Source: an uncultured Alphaproteobacteria bacterium (lineage in GTDB: Bacteria; Pseudomonadota; Alphaproteobacteria; Rhizobiales; Methyloligellaceae). From it: a stretch of 64,000 nucleotides of DNA. Below are positions 20,838 to 31,290 of this stretch, piece by piece. A program made the position numbers and the translations under genes. The stretch lies in the NCBI GenBank assembly GCA_963783455.1, contig CAWANV010000009.1, positions 72,750 through 136,749 on the forward strand, given 5' to 3'. Within the stretch, counting starts at the first letter, position 1. Every line of letters starts with the position of its first letter. Below the pieces are notes generated by a model. The model saw only the letters and a list, made by a program, of their open reading frames with translations, made no database searches and was not told the origin of the DNA.

Positions 20838-23771
20838 CTAGGGCGTCACGTTGGTGCCACCAAAAATGCCGGTCGCTTTCCAGCTGGAATTGCCGACGCC
20901 GAAATTGCCGATCACGCCTTGCGGGATTGCGCGATACCCAGTTGATCCGACGAAGGAGCCATTGGCCGCTCCGATCAGGTGGTCCGAACCAGTCAGTACG
21001 CCGGCAAACTGGGCCTTGCCTGGCGCCAGCATCAGGCCAGAGAAGTCCTTGCCGTCGAAATCGCTGATGCTGAGCAGACCCGATCGCTTCCGGAAGTCCC
21101 AGCTCATGTCCATGTCGCCCGTCGCGGTATATTGCTGCCCGTTCGTAGCAACGGTGCCGATTGCGTCGCCTTTATAGGTAGCACCGCCCTGGATGGGCAT
21201 ATCCGAGGATGAAACGACCTTACCTCCAATCCACCAGCCGAGTTGGACGTCCTTGGTTGTTGCCTGATTGGAGTGGTCGTTAGAGGTGACTCTCGTCCCC
21301 CACGCGCCCCATTTCATGAAATCACAAGATTGGCAGAAGGCTCTCTTCTGCACTGGAGCGGGAGCCTCGGGGTTCTCACTGTCAGATGGCTCGATGGGGA
21401 ACAAAACCGCGTTCGCATTGATCGCATCGGCGCTGACCATGTAGCTCTGCACGTCCGGATCATTGTCGACATAGGTCTTCAGCTGGATGATTGGAATGCC
21501 AAAGGGGCCGCGCCTAGTCTCAAGATACTTCTCCGAGACGCTCGAGCCGCTTTCCGCTTCGATCGCGGCAAAAATCTTGTCGTCGATGAAGGCGGAGCGT
21601 TCTTCGCCGCCGAATTTGAGATTGTATTTTGGATTCTGCAGGAGCCCGTCGCCGAGATTGAGGGACGCCGTCATCGTATTGGTTTCGGCATCGAGCGAAA
21701 TGGAAACGTCGTTCGGCGATAAATTGACGAGCGTGGCCACGTTGCTGCTGCCGCGCTGTTGCGCCAAGCCCGCCGCGTAGCCCTTGAACGTCGCAGTGGT
21801 CTGCGCCAGCGGCTCTGCGATTGGCGCTCCCCCGACGCCGATATGGTAGGTCGCCCCGGACTGGTTCTCGACGGACGGGTTTACGGGGTTGAGCGGAGCG
21901 TCGCGGCCAATATTGTGCGTGCCCGTCGAATCGAACCCGATCACCAGGTTGGGATTGCTGCCCGGGGCGCCCATAAAGTGCGAGAGCGCACCAGTGGAAT
22001 CGGGACCAGCCAAGCTGGCGATGTCGCCAGTGAAGCTATAGGTCTGCGGGTTTGCCGCGCCAGTTAAGTCATAGGCGACCATGGACCCGCCACGTCTTTC
22101 GCCTGTCAGACCCGTTGTGGGATCCCATTCGCCCAGGGCGATGTTGATGAAGGTTTCGCGTTTGCTTGGGTCGGTGCCGACAAAGAAATTCGTTTGGAGC
22201 CAGACCGCACGGCTTGTATCCACCTCGTTGCTTCCCACAGGCGGCGGCGCGTCCTTCTCCAGCAGCATCAAGGATGAAATATTATACCTGCCGGCCGTTG
22301 TTGGGGACGAGGTTTCGGAGGCAAAGGGACCGAATGCGCCTGGCTGGGAGATGTCCTGGGTTAGTTGGAAGGTGTGCACCTTGCCGCTCGGCGTGTCGAA
22401 TGTGTAGCCGTCGCCGCCGATGATCATCATCGGATCATTGTCGTTCTCGGCAGGCACCAGAATTGGTCCTGTGTCCCCGGTCGTATTCCATTGGCCTGGG
22501 CGGATCTGGTAAGCGAAGAAACCGGGCTTCGCCACGGCGATCCCGACGAGATTGGTCGTCACGCCGCCCTGGACAACTTTTGCATCAGTGACCACGCAGA
22601 AGCCGTCGATGCAGGCGCCGCCAGGTGCATCGGTCTGGTTTGCCTCAAACCACGGGAAGTCGACCGAGGCATCGGAAACGACGTGCGCCTCTATAGTCTG
22701 GCAGTTTGGGTTGGTGCAATTGGCATCGATCAGCCCGGTCACCGTGCCAAACATCCGGCCATTCAGAACGCCAAAGGTCCAGAGGAAGTCGTCGCCATGC
22801 GGTCCGGCAGGGGCGTTGTCGGGATACTTGCCGCCGCCGAGAAGTCCGGACCCGTTGTCGGTGGTGTATTTGTTCGGCGTGTCAGGAAATGCCGTATAGA
22901 CCCCGGGCGAAGCCAATATGCGCACGTTTACTGGAATAGGGTCTGGAGGTGGCGGCGTGGTCGTGTCCGTGGTTTGCTGGTTCTGCTGCTTCTGAAGCGT
23001 GTCCTGGATCTGCGTCTGGGTTGCCTCATTGACCGTGTCGTCCGGGTCGGCGATGGTGTCGTTCTGAAGAGTCGTCGCCGGTCCCGTGCCGTCAGTGCTG
23101 GTGTTGCCTAGGCCGTTTGTGCTGCCATTGGTGAGAGCCGCCATGACGGCCTTGATGTCTTCGGGTCGCGTCGGTCTGATCGTGGGTGAGCCGCTTGTCA
23201 GGTCTAGCGTATAGCCCGGCTCGTAGACGCTGTACGTCTTCCCGCCCTTGCTCGTGAAGGTCATGGCGGTGCCATAGAGGAAAGACCAGATTTTCCCATT
23301 GCCCTGAGCCATGCCGCCGCGGATGGCGAGCGCGCCAGCCGGCGTGTTGACGGTGACGCCGTTCTCGTTCTTGGAGATCTTGCCGCCGACGAAGCGCGCC
23401 ACGCCCTTGGAGAAGGAGGCGACGATCTGGCCGGTCTGCTTCTTCGGGTCGTAGACGAATTTGTCGATGACGAGGTCGGAGCCTGGGCCGACGGTGAAGG
23501 TCGAGCCGTCGACGAGAAGCACCTGCACCAGGCCGCTCGCCGTTGTGTTGATGCGCTCGTTAAAGAAGATCGACTTGCCGATATTGAGCTGGCTCTGCGG
23601 CGATCCGGAAAGGCTCGAGAAGGCGTCGGGATTGACGGCGGCCGCCACGCCAACCTTGTCGGCCGCGGCAGGGCCGATGGCGGCGGCAAGGCCGAGGCAA
23701 AGGCCGAGAAGCGCCGCGGAGCTTGCGCCCCATGACCGTGCTTTAAGCCCTGATCGACTTGCCCCCATCAT
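20838..23771 (-). CDS. Large secreted protein: N-terminal FecR domain, T/Q/P linker, C-terminal TbpB/HphA-like beta-barrel(s)
   Basis: Signal peptide ending AAA-DKVGVAAAV; FecR-like domain; C-terminal MPIQGGATYKGDAIG...WDFRKRSG...GSFVG...GVIGNF...ATGIFGG matches the 8-stranded barrel pattern of Slam-dependent cargo. Confidence 0.8.
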   Translation of the reverse strand: MMGASRSGLKARSWGASSAALLGLCLGLAAAIGPAAADKVGVAAAVNPDAFSSLSGSPQSQLNIGKSIFFNERINTTASGLVQVLLVDGSTFTVGPGSDLVIDKFVYDPKKQTGQIVASFSKGVARFVGGKISKNENGVTVNTPAGALAIRGGMAQGNGKIWSFLYGTAMTFTSKGGKTYSVYEPGYTLDLTSGSPTIRPTRPEDIKAVMAALTNGSTNGLGNTSTDGTGPATTLQNDTIADPDDTVNEATQTQIQDTLQKQQNQQTTDTTTPPPPDPIPVNVRILASPGVYTAFPDTPNKYTTDNGSGLLGGGKYPDNAPAGPHGDDFLWTFGVLNGRMFGTVTGLIDANCTNPNCQTIEAHVVSDASVDFPWFEANQTDAPGGACIDGFCVVTDAKVVQGGVTTNLVGIAVAKPGFFAYQIRPGQWNTTGDTGPILVPAENDNDPMMIIGGDGYTFDTPSGKVHTFQLTQDISQPGAFGPFASETSSPTTAGRYNISSLMLLEKDAPPPVGSNEVDTSRAVWLQTNFFVGTDPSKRETFINIALGEWDPTTGLTGERRGGSMVAYDLTGAANPQTYSFTGDIASLAGPDSTGALSHFMGAPGSNPNLVIGFDSTGTHNIGRDAPLNPVNPSVENQSGATYHIGVGGAPIAEPLAQTTATFKGYAAGLAQQRGSSNVATLVNLSPNDVSISLDAETNTMTASLNLGDGLLQNPKYNLKFGGEERSAFIDDKIFAAIEAESGSSVSEKYLETRRGPFGIPIIQLKTYVDNDPDVQSYMVSADAINANAVLFPIEPSDSENPEAPAPVQKRAFCQSCDFMKWGAWGTRVTSNDHSNQATTKDVQLGWWIGGKVVSSSDMPIQGGATYKGDAIGTVATNGQQYTATGDMDMSWDFRKRSGLLSISDFDGKDFSGLMLAPGKAQFAGVLTGSDHLIGAANGSFVGSTGYRAIPQGVIGNFGVGNSSWKATGIFGGTNVTP

Positions 23772-23774
23772 CCC

Positions 23775-25148
23775 TCAGAACCTCTTCTGCACCCCGAGAA
23801 GAGCGGTCAAATCGTCGAACGCCCTTATATCATAGTTCGACGCCTGATCGCGATACTCGACCTGGGGCACCAGAGCCCAGGTTTCCGCCACCGGCACCAC
23901 CAAGGCCGTGCGGCCCCACCAGGTGGTATCCTCCTCCGCCTCGTTGGGATTGATGGTCGGATCGGGATCGTCATAGTCCCGGCGAATCACGCCGCCGCCG
24001 ACCTGCAAGGTCCAGGGATAGCGCGCCTGCCAAAGAGGATTGTTGAAGGTCCAGGCAAAGCCCCCCGAAAAGGCGACCTCCCAGTCGGCATAGAAGTCGG
24101 CTTTGGCGGCTTCGCGCTGGGCGTAGAGTTGCGTGGTCACCACGAAGGCCGGCGTCATGTAGTAGGAATAAGTAAAGCCGAAACGGGTCTGCGCCCCGTC
24201 GCGCTGCGAGTTGAACGGAAGATCGGTCGAGTTGTCGAACTCGCGCCAGCGCGTCTCAAGCCGCGCATCGAGAACGCTGCGCTCGGCGGCAAAGCTCAAG
24301 AGGCGCAAGCCGGCGCCGGGCGCGGTGAAATAAGGATCGTAGCCGAGATAAGCGAGGTCGCCGATGGCATAGACGAAGGCGCGCGTCTTATCCATGCCCC
24401 AGCGCTTCATGTTGAAGCTTGGGCCCACGGTGGCCTCGAAGAAGTCGAGGTCGATGTCTTGGAGCTCCTTGTCGAAATAGGCGGTGCTGTAGGCGAGTGC
24501 GTCGAACTCGATGCGGTCGCCTTGGCGCTTCAGGTCCCAGGAATAATGCAGCGTGCCGATATTGAGCGCGCTCCAGCCGGCGCGGCCGACCGATTGCTGA
24601 TCGAGCGTGAAGTCGATGCCGTTCAAGGTCACGCTCTGCGTGCCGGGACCAGCGTTGGCGTTGCTCTCCCAGCGGATCGCCGAGAAGATGGTGGCGGAGA
24701 AGGACGGCGGGTCGGCGGCAATGGCAAGCTGCTGGAGATAGAGGCGGATCTGCGCGGCGACCGAGGGCGGCACGCTCGGATTGGCAAGGGCCTGCGCGAA
24801 ATAGGAACGGGCCACCTCGTATGCGCCGAGGCGATAATAGAGGATGCCGAGCTCGAGCTGGAGCCGCGGCGTGTTGGGTGCATAGATCAACATGCGCTCG
24901 AGCGTGGAGACGGCGGCTTCATAGTCGCCGACTTGCGAAGAGAGCGTCGCATATTCGAAGGCGAGGTCGAGATCGTTCGGGCGCGCGATCATCTGCTGGA
25001 GCAGAGCTTCGCGGCGCGCCTCGACGTCAGGAGGCCCGAGCCGCTGCACGGCGACGGTCGTATCGCCGGCGGCAAAACTCGGCGTAGCCTCGCCCACGAC
25101 GAGACCGGCCACCGCAAGCGCGATCGCCCACTTCGTCCACCCCAGCAT
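23775..25148 (-). CDS. TPR + outer-membrane beta-barrel protein (Slam / type XI secretion, DUF560-like)
   Basis: Signal peptide; TPRs (GDYEAAVSTLERML...RLQLELGILYYRLGAYEVARSYF); WESNANAGP at the barrel start (compare the YDSN.N.GP motif of Slam); amphipathic strands; terminal Phe (GVQKRF). Confidence 0.8.
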   Translation of the reverse strand: MLGWTKWAIALAVAGLVVGEATPSFAAGDTTVAVQRLGPPDVEARREALLQQMIARPNDLDLAFEYATLSSQVGDYEAAVSTLERMLIYAPNTPRLQLELGILYYRLGAYEVARSYFAQALANPSVPPSVAAQIRLYLQQLAIAADPPSFSATIFSAIRWESNANAGPGTQSVTLNGIDFTLDQQSVGRAGWSALNIGTLHYSWDLKRQGDRIEFDALAYSTAYFDKELQDIDLDFFEATVGPSFNMKRWGMDKTRAFVYAIGDLAYLGYDPYFTAPGAGLRLLSFAAERSVLDARLETRWREFDNSTDLPFNSQRDGAQTRFGFTYSYYMTPAFVVTTQLYAQREAAKADFYADWEVAFSGGFAWTFNNPLWQARYPWTLQVGGGVIRRDYDDPDPTINPNEAEEDTTWWGRTALVVPVAETWALVPQVEYRDQASNYDIRAFDDLTALLGVQKRF

Positions 25149-25316
25149 CTAAGACCGCTCGGCCTTTCCGAGAGGCGCTTGCAGGTTGATTCCCGACAAC
25201 GCCGCCCCGTCCTCCAGGAACGTTAGCCAGTTAACCTTTGGCCAGCAAGTGCCGAAGCTCGTTTCTTTAGGTTTTTCAAAGGTCCTGTGGCCCATCGGGC
25301 ACGCGATTCTCATGCT

Positions 25317-25328
25317 ATGGTTAACCAT
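25317..25328. promoter_or_regulatory. Perfect palindrome ATGGTTAACCAT (two overlapping CtrA-type TTAACCAT 8-mers)
   Basis: Seen directly in the divergent intergenic region; another TTAACC at 25231. Confidence 0.45.
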
Positions 25329-26903
25329 GGGAGGGGCCGATTCCCGTCAGGCTGAGAGTCTTGGATTTCATGGGGCGGCCCCGACGCCTACACGCCGCCG
25401 CCGGCAACCGTAGAGCGCATCGAGACCCATGCCTCCATCGTCTTTCTCGCCGGCGCCTTCGCCTACAAGGTAAAACGGGCGGTCAAATACCCTTTTCTCG
25501 ATTTTTCGACGCTTAAGAAGCGGCATGAGGCTTGCCTGAACGAGCTCCGCGTCAATTTCCGCACGGCGCCTCAGCTTTATCTTGAGGTGGTCCCGGTAAC
25601 CATCGGAGACAGCGGTACCTTTCGCCTCGGCGGGGAGGGGCAGGCGGTCGAATGGGTGCTCCGCATGCGCCGATTCGACCAGGCGAAGCTCTACGACCGC
25701 ATGGCAGGCGAGGGGCGGCTTGGCTTGGCCTCGATGCCCCGTCTGGCGGAGGTCATCGCCGCGTTTCCATGATTCGGCCGACCGGGTGCTTGCGCCGGAC
25801 CAAGCCGTGCTGCCGCTCGAAGGCGTGCTCCGCGACAACGCGGAAGCCTTTGCCGCCAATGCGAACGTTGTTCCGGCGCGAGGCGGCGCGGGAGCTTGCG
25901 CGGCGCAAGCCGCGAGAGGCTCGCCGCACTCTCGCCCTTGCTTGAGGCGCGGGCGAGGGGAGGCTATGTGCGCCATTGCCACGGCGATCTCCACTTGCGC
26001 AACATCGTCGAGATCGATGGCTCCCCCGTCTTGTTCGACGCCATCGAGTTCGACGATCGGCTTGCCACGATCGACGTTCTCTACGATCTCGCCTTTCTGC
26101 TCATGGATCTCGGCAAGCGCGGGCTCGACGCCCCACGCCAACGCCGTGCTCAACGCCTATCTCGATGAAGAGGGCAGCACGGGCAATCTCATCGGACTTG
26201 CGACGCTGCCGCTCTTCCTCTCGATGCGGGCGACGATCAGAGCCAAGGTCGAGCTGTTGCGCGCGCGCATGGCGGGTCATGATCAAGCCGAAGCCGCGCG
26301 TGCGGAGGCGCGCGTTTATTTCGCGCTGGCCGAGAGATTTCTTGCGCCGGCCGCACCCGCGCCTCATCGCCATCGGTGGATTGTCGGGCAGCGGCAAGTC
26401 GGCGGTAGCCCGCGCCATCGCGCCCTCAATCGGCGCCTTTCCGGGTGCGGTGCATGTGCGGAGCGATGTCGAGCGCAAGCGCCTGTTCGGGGTCGCTCCG
26501 TCGGAACGGCTGCCGGCCAGCGCCTATGCGCCGGAGGTTTCCGATCGAGGTCTATGCCATGTGCCGCAAGCGCGCCCTCATGGCGCTCGAAGGCGGGCAG
26601 GCCGTGATCGTCGACGCCGTGCATGCAAAGCAAGAGGAGCGCGAGGCGCTTGCCGCGCTCGCGGCAGAGAAGCGCGTCCCGTTCACCGGGCTTTGGCTCG
26701 AAGCGCCGGCACAATTCATGCGGGACAGGATCGCCACCCGCACAGGCGATGTGTCGGACGCGACACCTGAGGTGGTCGATGTTCAACTCGGCTACGATAT
26801 CGGACCGCAAAGCTTCGAGGTGATCGATGCAAGCCTTCCGGTCGATCAGGTCGCGGCGTCTTGCCTCGAGCGCATCGGCGCGCAGCCCCGCGCGCCCCTC
26901 TAG
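25327..26903 (+). CDS. Bifunctional aminoglycoside-phosphotransferase-like / P-loop kinase (COG2187+COG0645, Rv2004c-like; several apparent frameshifts)
   Basis: VERIETHASIVFLAG..AYKVKRAV...DFST, RHCHGDLHLRNI, FDAIEF, GGLSGSGKS, RSDVERKRL and GDVSDAT across frames. Confidence 0.88.
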
Positions 26904-27023
26904 ATTCATGCTTTGCTAACGCTCTCTGGCCGACAGTCGGGCGAGGGCCGGCTGCGTCGATCTCGCGGCCTTAGCGGGGTCGTTCCGACGCCTCGTTAGA
27001 AGCCCTTTCGGGGGGTCGGGACG

Positions 27024-28143
27024 TTGCGTTTTGTGGGTCAGCTCAAGCCTGCGCGGCTTGCGGGCGGGCGAGGTGATGCGGGCTCGTTCGGCCCCGCACG
27101 CTTTGCCGTGCCGCTTCTGCTGACCGCCAGTCTCGCCTTTGGCCTCGCTGCTTGCAGCTCAGGGAGCGACAACGGCGAGAAGCTCGGCGAGCGCGTCATC
27201 CCGCTCGGCCAGCCGGTGCCCAAGGGCGGCGGCTCCTACCAGCTCGGCAAGCCCTATCAAGTCGCCGGCCTCTGGTACACGCCGCGGGAGGACCCAGGCT
27301 ACGACCGGGTCGGCAGCGCGTCCTGGTATGGCGAGCTGTTCCACGGGCGCCGCACCGCCAATGGCGAGATCTACGACATGGATCGGCTCTCGGCGGCGCA
27401 CCCGACCTTGCCGCTGCCGGTCTATGCGCGGGTGACCAATCTCAACAACGGCCGGTCCATCGTGGTCCGCATCAACGATCGAGGGCCTTACGCGCGCGAC
27501 CGGATCATCGATCTGTCGCGCCGCTCGGCTGAGCTGCTCGGCTTCCGCAATCACGGCACGGCGACCGTGCGCGTCAAATATCTCGGCCGCGCTCCCTTGA
27601 ACGGCGACGACAGCTACGAGCGGAGATATCTCGCAAGCCAGAGCTGGGTGCAGTTTGCAGCCAAAGGGAAATCGTCAAAGGGGAGGCGACGTGGGCAGCA
27701 TCGCCGATGAGCAGCACGCTGCCTGCCGGAGAATCCGGAGAATTTGGCCTTGCCATGGAACTTGCCATGGAAGGAGGCCGCGCCCAAGGGCGCCGGCTGC
27801 TCCAGCCGATCCGGCGCTGCTTGGCTGGCGAGCGACCGCGAAAGCGGCCGCGCTACCGGCACCTCAGGCCACAGGCTCCATCCCGCGCGAGGCAAGCCGA
27901 AAGCGCAGGCTAACGGGCCGGTCATCCAGGCGGGATCGTTCAAGAGCAAGGAGAACGCCGATCGAGCGCGCAACGTCGCTTTCCGCCATTGCGCCCGTCG
28001 ACGTGGCCCCGATCGCCGTCGGCGGGGACGTCTATTTCCGCGTCCGGGTCGGGCCTTTTTCGGATTTATCAGGGGCCGAAGCGGCGTTGGCCAAGGTGAC
28101 GAAGGCCGGCTATCAAGGCGCCAAGATGGTGGCGAAGAACTAG
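27024..28143 (+). CDS. rlpA: Septal ring lytic transglycosylase RlpA with SPOR domain (apparent frameshifts)
   Basis: Lipobox LAAC; ASWYG..FHGRRTANGE, AAHPTLPLP and RINDRGP motifs; C-terminal IQAGSF..ENA / RVRVGPF. Confidence 0.92.
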
Positions 28144-28257
28144 CGCGCGTCTTTTCGGCTACCGGGTTGATTTTTCCGCAAGAGCGCTTGATATTGGCTG
28201 AGTTCGGCTGCGAACAGCGGCCGTCATCATCCACTTCGATCCGACCCCGGTCAGCCC

Positions 28258-29465
28258 GTGTACGCCTCGCGCCTTGACAGATGGATCAAGATCGCAGCGG
28301 CAGGCTGCCGTTCTCGCGCTCGGCGCCGGCTCGGTCACGGCTACGGTCCGCGCCGCCGCTCCGCCAAGCGCCTTCGAGACCAAGGCGAAGCACGCCATCC
28401 TTATGGATGCCGACGCCAATCTCGTGCTGTTCGAGAAGGACGCCGATACGCTGGCCCCGCCGGCGAGCATGAGCAAGCTCATGACGCTCGCCATCGTGTT
28501 CCGCGAGCTGAAGGCAGGGCGGCTCAAGCTCGAGGACCAGTTCAAGGTGAGCGAGCACGCATGGCGGACCGGGGGAGCGCCTTCCGGCGGGTCGGCCATG
28601 TTCGCGCCGCTCAATACCATGGTGAGCGTGGACGATCTCATCCAGGGCATCACCGTCCAGTCGGGAAACGATGCCGCCATCATCCTCGCCGAAGGGATTG
28701 CCGGCAGCGAAGAAGCCTTTGCCAAACAGATGACCGAGTACGCGCCGAACCATCGGACTCGCGAAATCGACCTTCGTCAACGCGACCGGTCTGCCGGCCG
28801 AAGGCCATCTGATGACGCGCGCGCGAGCTCGCGATCCTCGCCCATTATCTCATCTACACTTACCCCGAGTACTATCACTTCTTCGGGCAGAAGGAGTTCA
28901 AGTACCGCGACAAGTTCGTGTTCCTTAATCGCAATCCGCTCATCGCTCTGGATCCTCGGCGTGGACGGACTGAAGACCGGATTCATCAAGGAATCGGGCT
29001 ACGGGCTGGTGGCGAGCGCCAAGCGCGGCGGCCAGCGGCTTCTCCTCGTCGTCGAACGGCCTCGAGTTCGGCGAAGGACCGCGAGGCCGAGGCGCGCAAG
29101 CTGCTCGACTGGGGTTTCAAGAGCTTCAAGCCCTTCAGGCTGTTCGACGAAGGCCAGAAGGTGAGCGACGCGCTCGTGTGGGGCGGCACCGCAGCACTAC
29201 GTGCCGCTTGTCGGCGACGGCAACATCAACATCATCCTGCCCGCGACCGCGACCGGCAAGGTCACGGCGTCGATCGTGTATGATGGGCCGATCAAGGCTC
29301 CCATCCGCAAAGGCGATCAGGTGGCGGTGCTGCAGAGTGACCTCGGCCGAATCCCAAGCGACCAACGACATCCCGCTTTATGCCGGCGACGACATCGACC
29401 AGAGCAACTTCGCCATGCGCGGATTGGATTCGTTGCTCGTGCTCGCCTTCGGCTGGCTGTTGTAG
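28258..29465 (+). CDS. dacA: D-alanyl-D-alanine carboxypeptidase (PBP5/6; several apparent frameshifts)
   Basis: PASMSKLMT (SxxK), SGND (SxN), DGLKTG, and C-terminal APIRKGD. Confidence 0.9.
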
Positions 29466-29477
29466 CCCGCTAACACA

Positions 29478-30129
29478 ATGCAGCGCGAAGCCGCCGAAAC
29501 CGGCAGATTCATCACATTCGAAGGCGGCGAGGGCTCCGGCAAGTCCACCCAGGCCGGCATTCTCGCCAACCGGCTGGCGCGCGCCGGCCGCAAGGTGCTC
29601 GCCACCCGCGAGCCCGGCGGCTCGCCGGCCGCCGAGGAGATCCGCGAGGCGCTGCTGTCGGGGCGCGTCTGGCAGTTCGGTCCCTTTGCCGAAGCCTTGC
29701 TGTTCGCGGTCGCGCGCGCCGACCATATCGAGAACGCGATCGGGCAGGCGCTGCTCGAAGGCAAATGGGTCGTGTGCGACCGCTTCCTCGATTCCACGCG
29801 CGCCTATCAAGGGGCGACGGCCGGCGTGCCGCGCGGGCTGATCAACGCCTTGGAGCGGCTCACGGTCGGCGGCCTGTTGCCCGACATCACCTTCGTTCTC
29901 GATATTCCGCCTGAGGAGGGGCTTGGCGCGCGCGGCCGAGCGGCGTAGCGGCAACGCGCCCGACCGCTTCGAGAGCCAGGAGCTCATGCTGCATGAGCGC
30001 GTGCGCAGGGCCTTTCTCGATATCGCCGAGGAGGAGCCGGACCGCTGCGTGGTCATCGACGCGAGCCAGCCCGAGGCCATGGTCGCCGAGGATGTGTGGG
30101 AGGTGGTCCTGCAGCGCTTAAGCCCATGA
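29478..30129 (+). CDS. tmk: Thymidylate kinase (apparent frameshift near 29925)
   Basis: FITFEGGEGSGKSTQ, TREPGG, CDRFLDST and DRFE motifs. Confidence 0.95.
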
Positions 30130-31236
30130 GCATGGCGGCGGAGCGCTCGCGCGCGGCGCTTAGCGAGCCCGATCGGCTCGACGGATTCTCGACGCCCCGC
30201 GAGGTGGATCGCCTGTTCGGCCATGAGGCGGCACTGAACGAATTCGCCGACGCGCTCGAAAGCGGCCGCATGCATCATGCCTGGCTGCTGGTCGGGCCGG
30301 AGGGCATCGGCAAGGCGACGCTTGCCTATCGCTTCGCGCGCTCGGTGCTCGCCGAAGGCGATGATGCTGTCGAGCGACGGACGCGACACCGGTGTTCCGC
30401 AAGGTGGCGGCGCTCTCGCACCCGAACCTTCTCCTCATCCGGCGCTCGTGGGTCGAGAAGTCGAAGCGCTATTCGCAATGGATCGGCGTCGACGAGGTGA
30501 GGCGGCTTAGGGCCTTTCTCGGCAATACGGCGGGCGAGGGGGGTTGGCGCGTCGTCATTGTCGACCGCGCCGACGAGCTGAACCAGAATGCGGCGAACGC
30601 GCTCCTGAAGGCGCTGGAAGAGCCGCCGTCCAAGACCTTGTTTCTCCTGATCTCGAGCGCCGAGGGACGGCTTCCCGTCACCATCCGCTCCCGCGCCCGG
30701 ACACTTCGTGTCACTGCCTTAGGAGAGGAGGATTTGGAAAGAGGCCGTGCGGGCGGCGCTCGCCCGCGACGAGCCACGAGGCCGATGCCAGGACGCTCAC
30801 CACCGCGCTGGCTTTGAGCCAGGGGAGCGTGCGCCGCGCGCTCGAGCTCGTCTCCAGCGACGGCATCGAGCTTTATGGCGAGATCGCCGCGGCCCTCGCC
30901 GCCCTGCCGGACATCGACGGGCCGCGCCTGCACCGTCAGGTCGAGCGGCTTGCCGGCGCCGCCGACACCGAGCGCTTCGACCTCTATCTTGCGCTCCTGC
31001 TTGGGCTCATCGAGCGCCTCATCCGCTTCACGGCGACCGGCGAGGGGGCGACGCAAGAGGAGCAGAAGCTCGCCAAGCGGCTCATTTCGCCTGCCAATCT
31101 CGCTGATTGGGCGGAAGCGTGGGAGGCGATTTCGGAGGCCAAGCGGGAGGCCTTCGCCCTCAATCTCGATCGCGGCCTCTTGCTGCTCGAGACCTGGTTC
31201 CGGCTGCAGCATCTGGCGCGGGAACATCCTGTTTAG
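30126..31236 (+). CDS. holB: DNA polymerase III subunit delta' (apparent frameshifts)
   Basis: HHAWLLVGPEGIGKATLA, NAANALLKALEEPP, TIRSR and NLDR motifs. Confidence 0.93.
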
Positions 31237-31290
31237 CGAGGAAAGCCAGCAAGCTTGCCCGCGGCCGCCGCCCAGGCTATTCCTGCCGCC

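Noticed and set aside
23690-23771. Lipoprotein lipobox in the large FecR protein (LGLC)
   Set aside because: The Cys lies within the hydrophobic core and is followed by a good AAA signal peptidase I site matching the paralog's mature start (KVGVAAAV); SPI cleavage is more likely.
25186-25199. Third FNR/FixK-like box TTGAT-TCCC-GACAA
   Set aside because: Two mismatches in the right half-site and awkward spacing; too weak to call.
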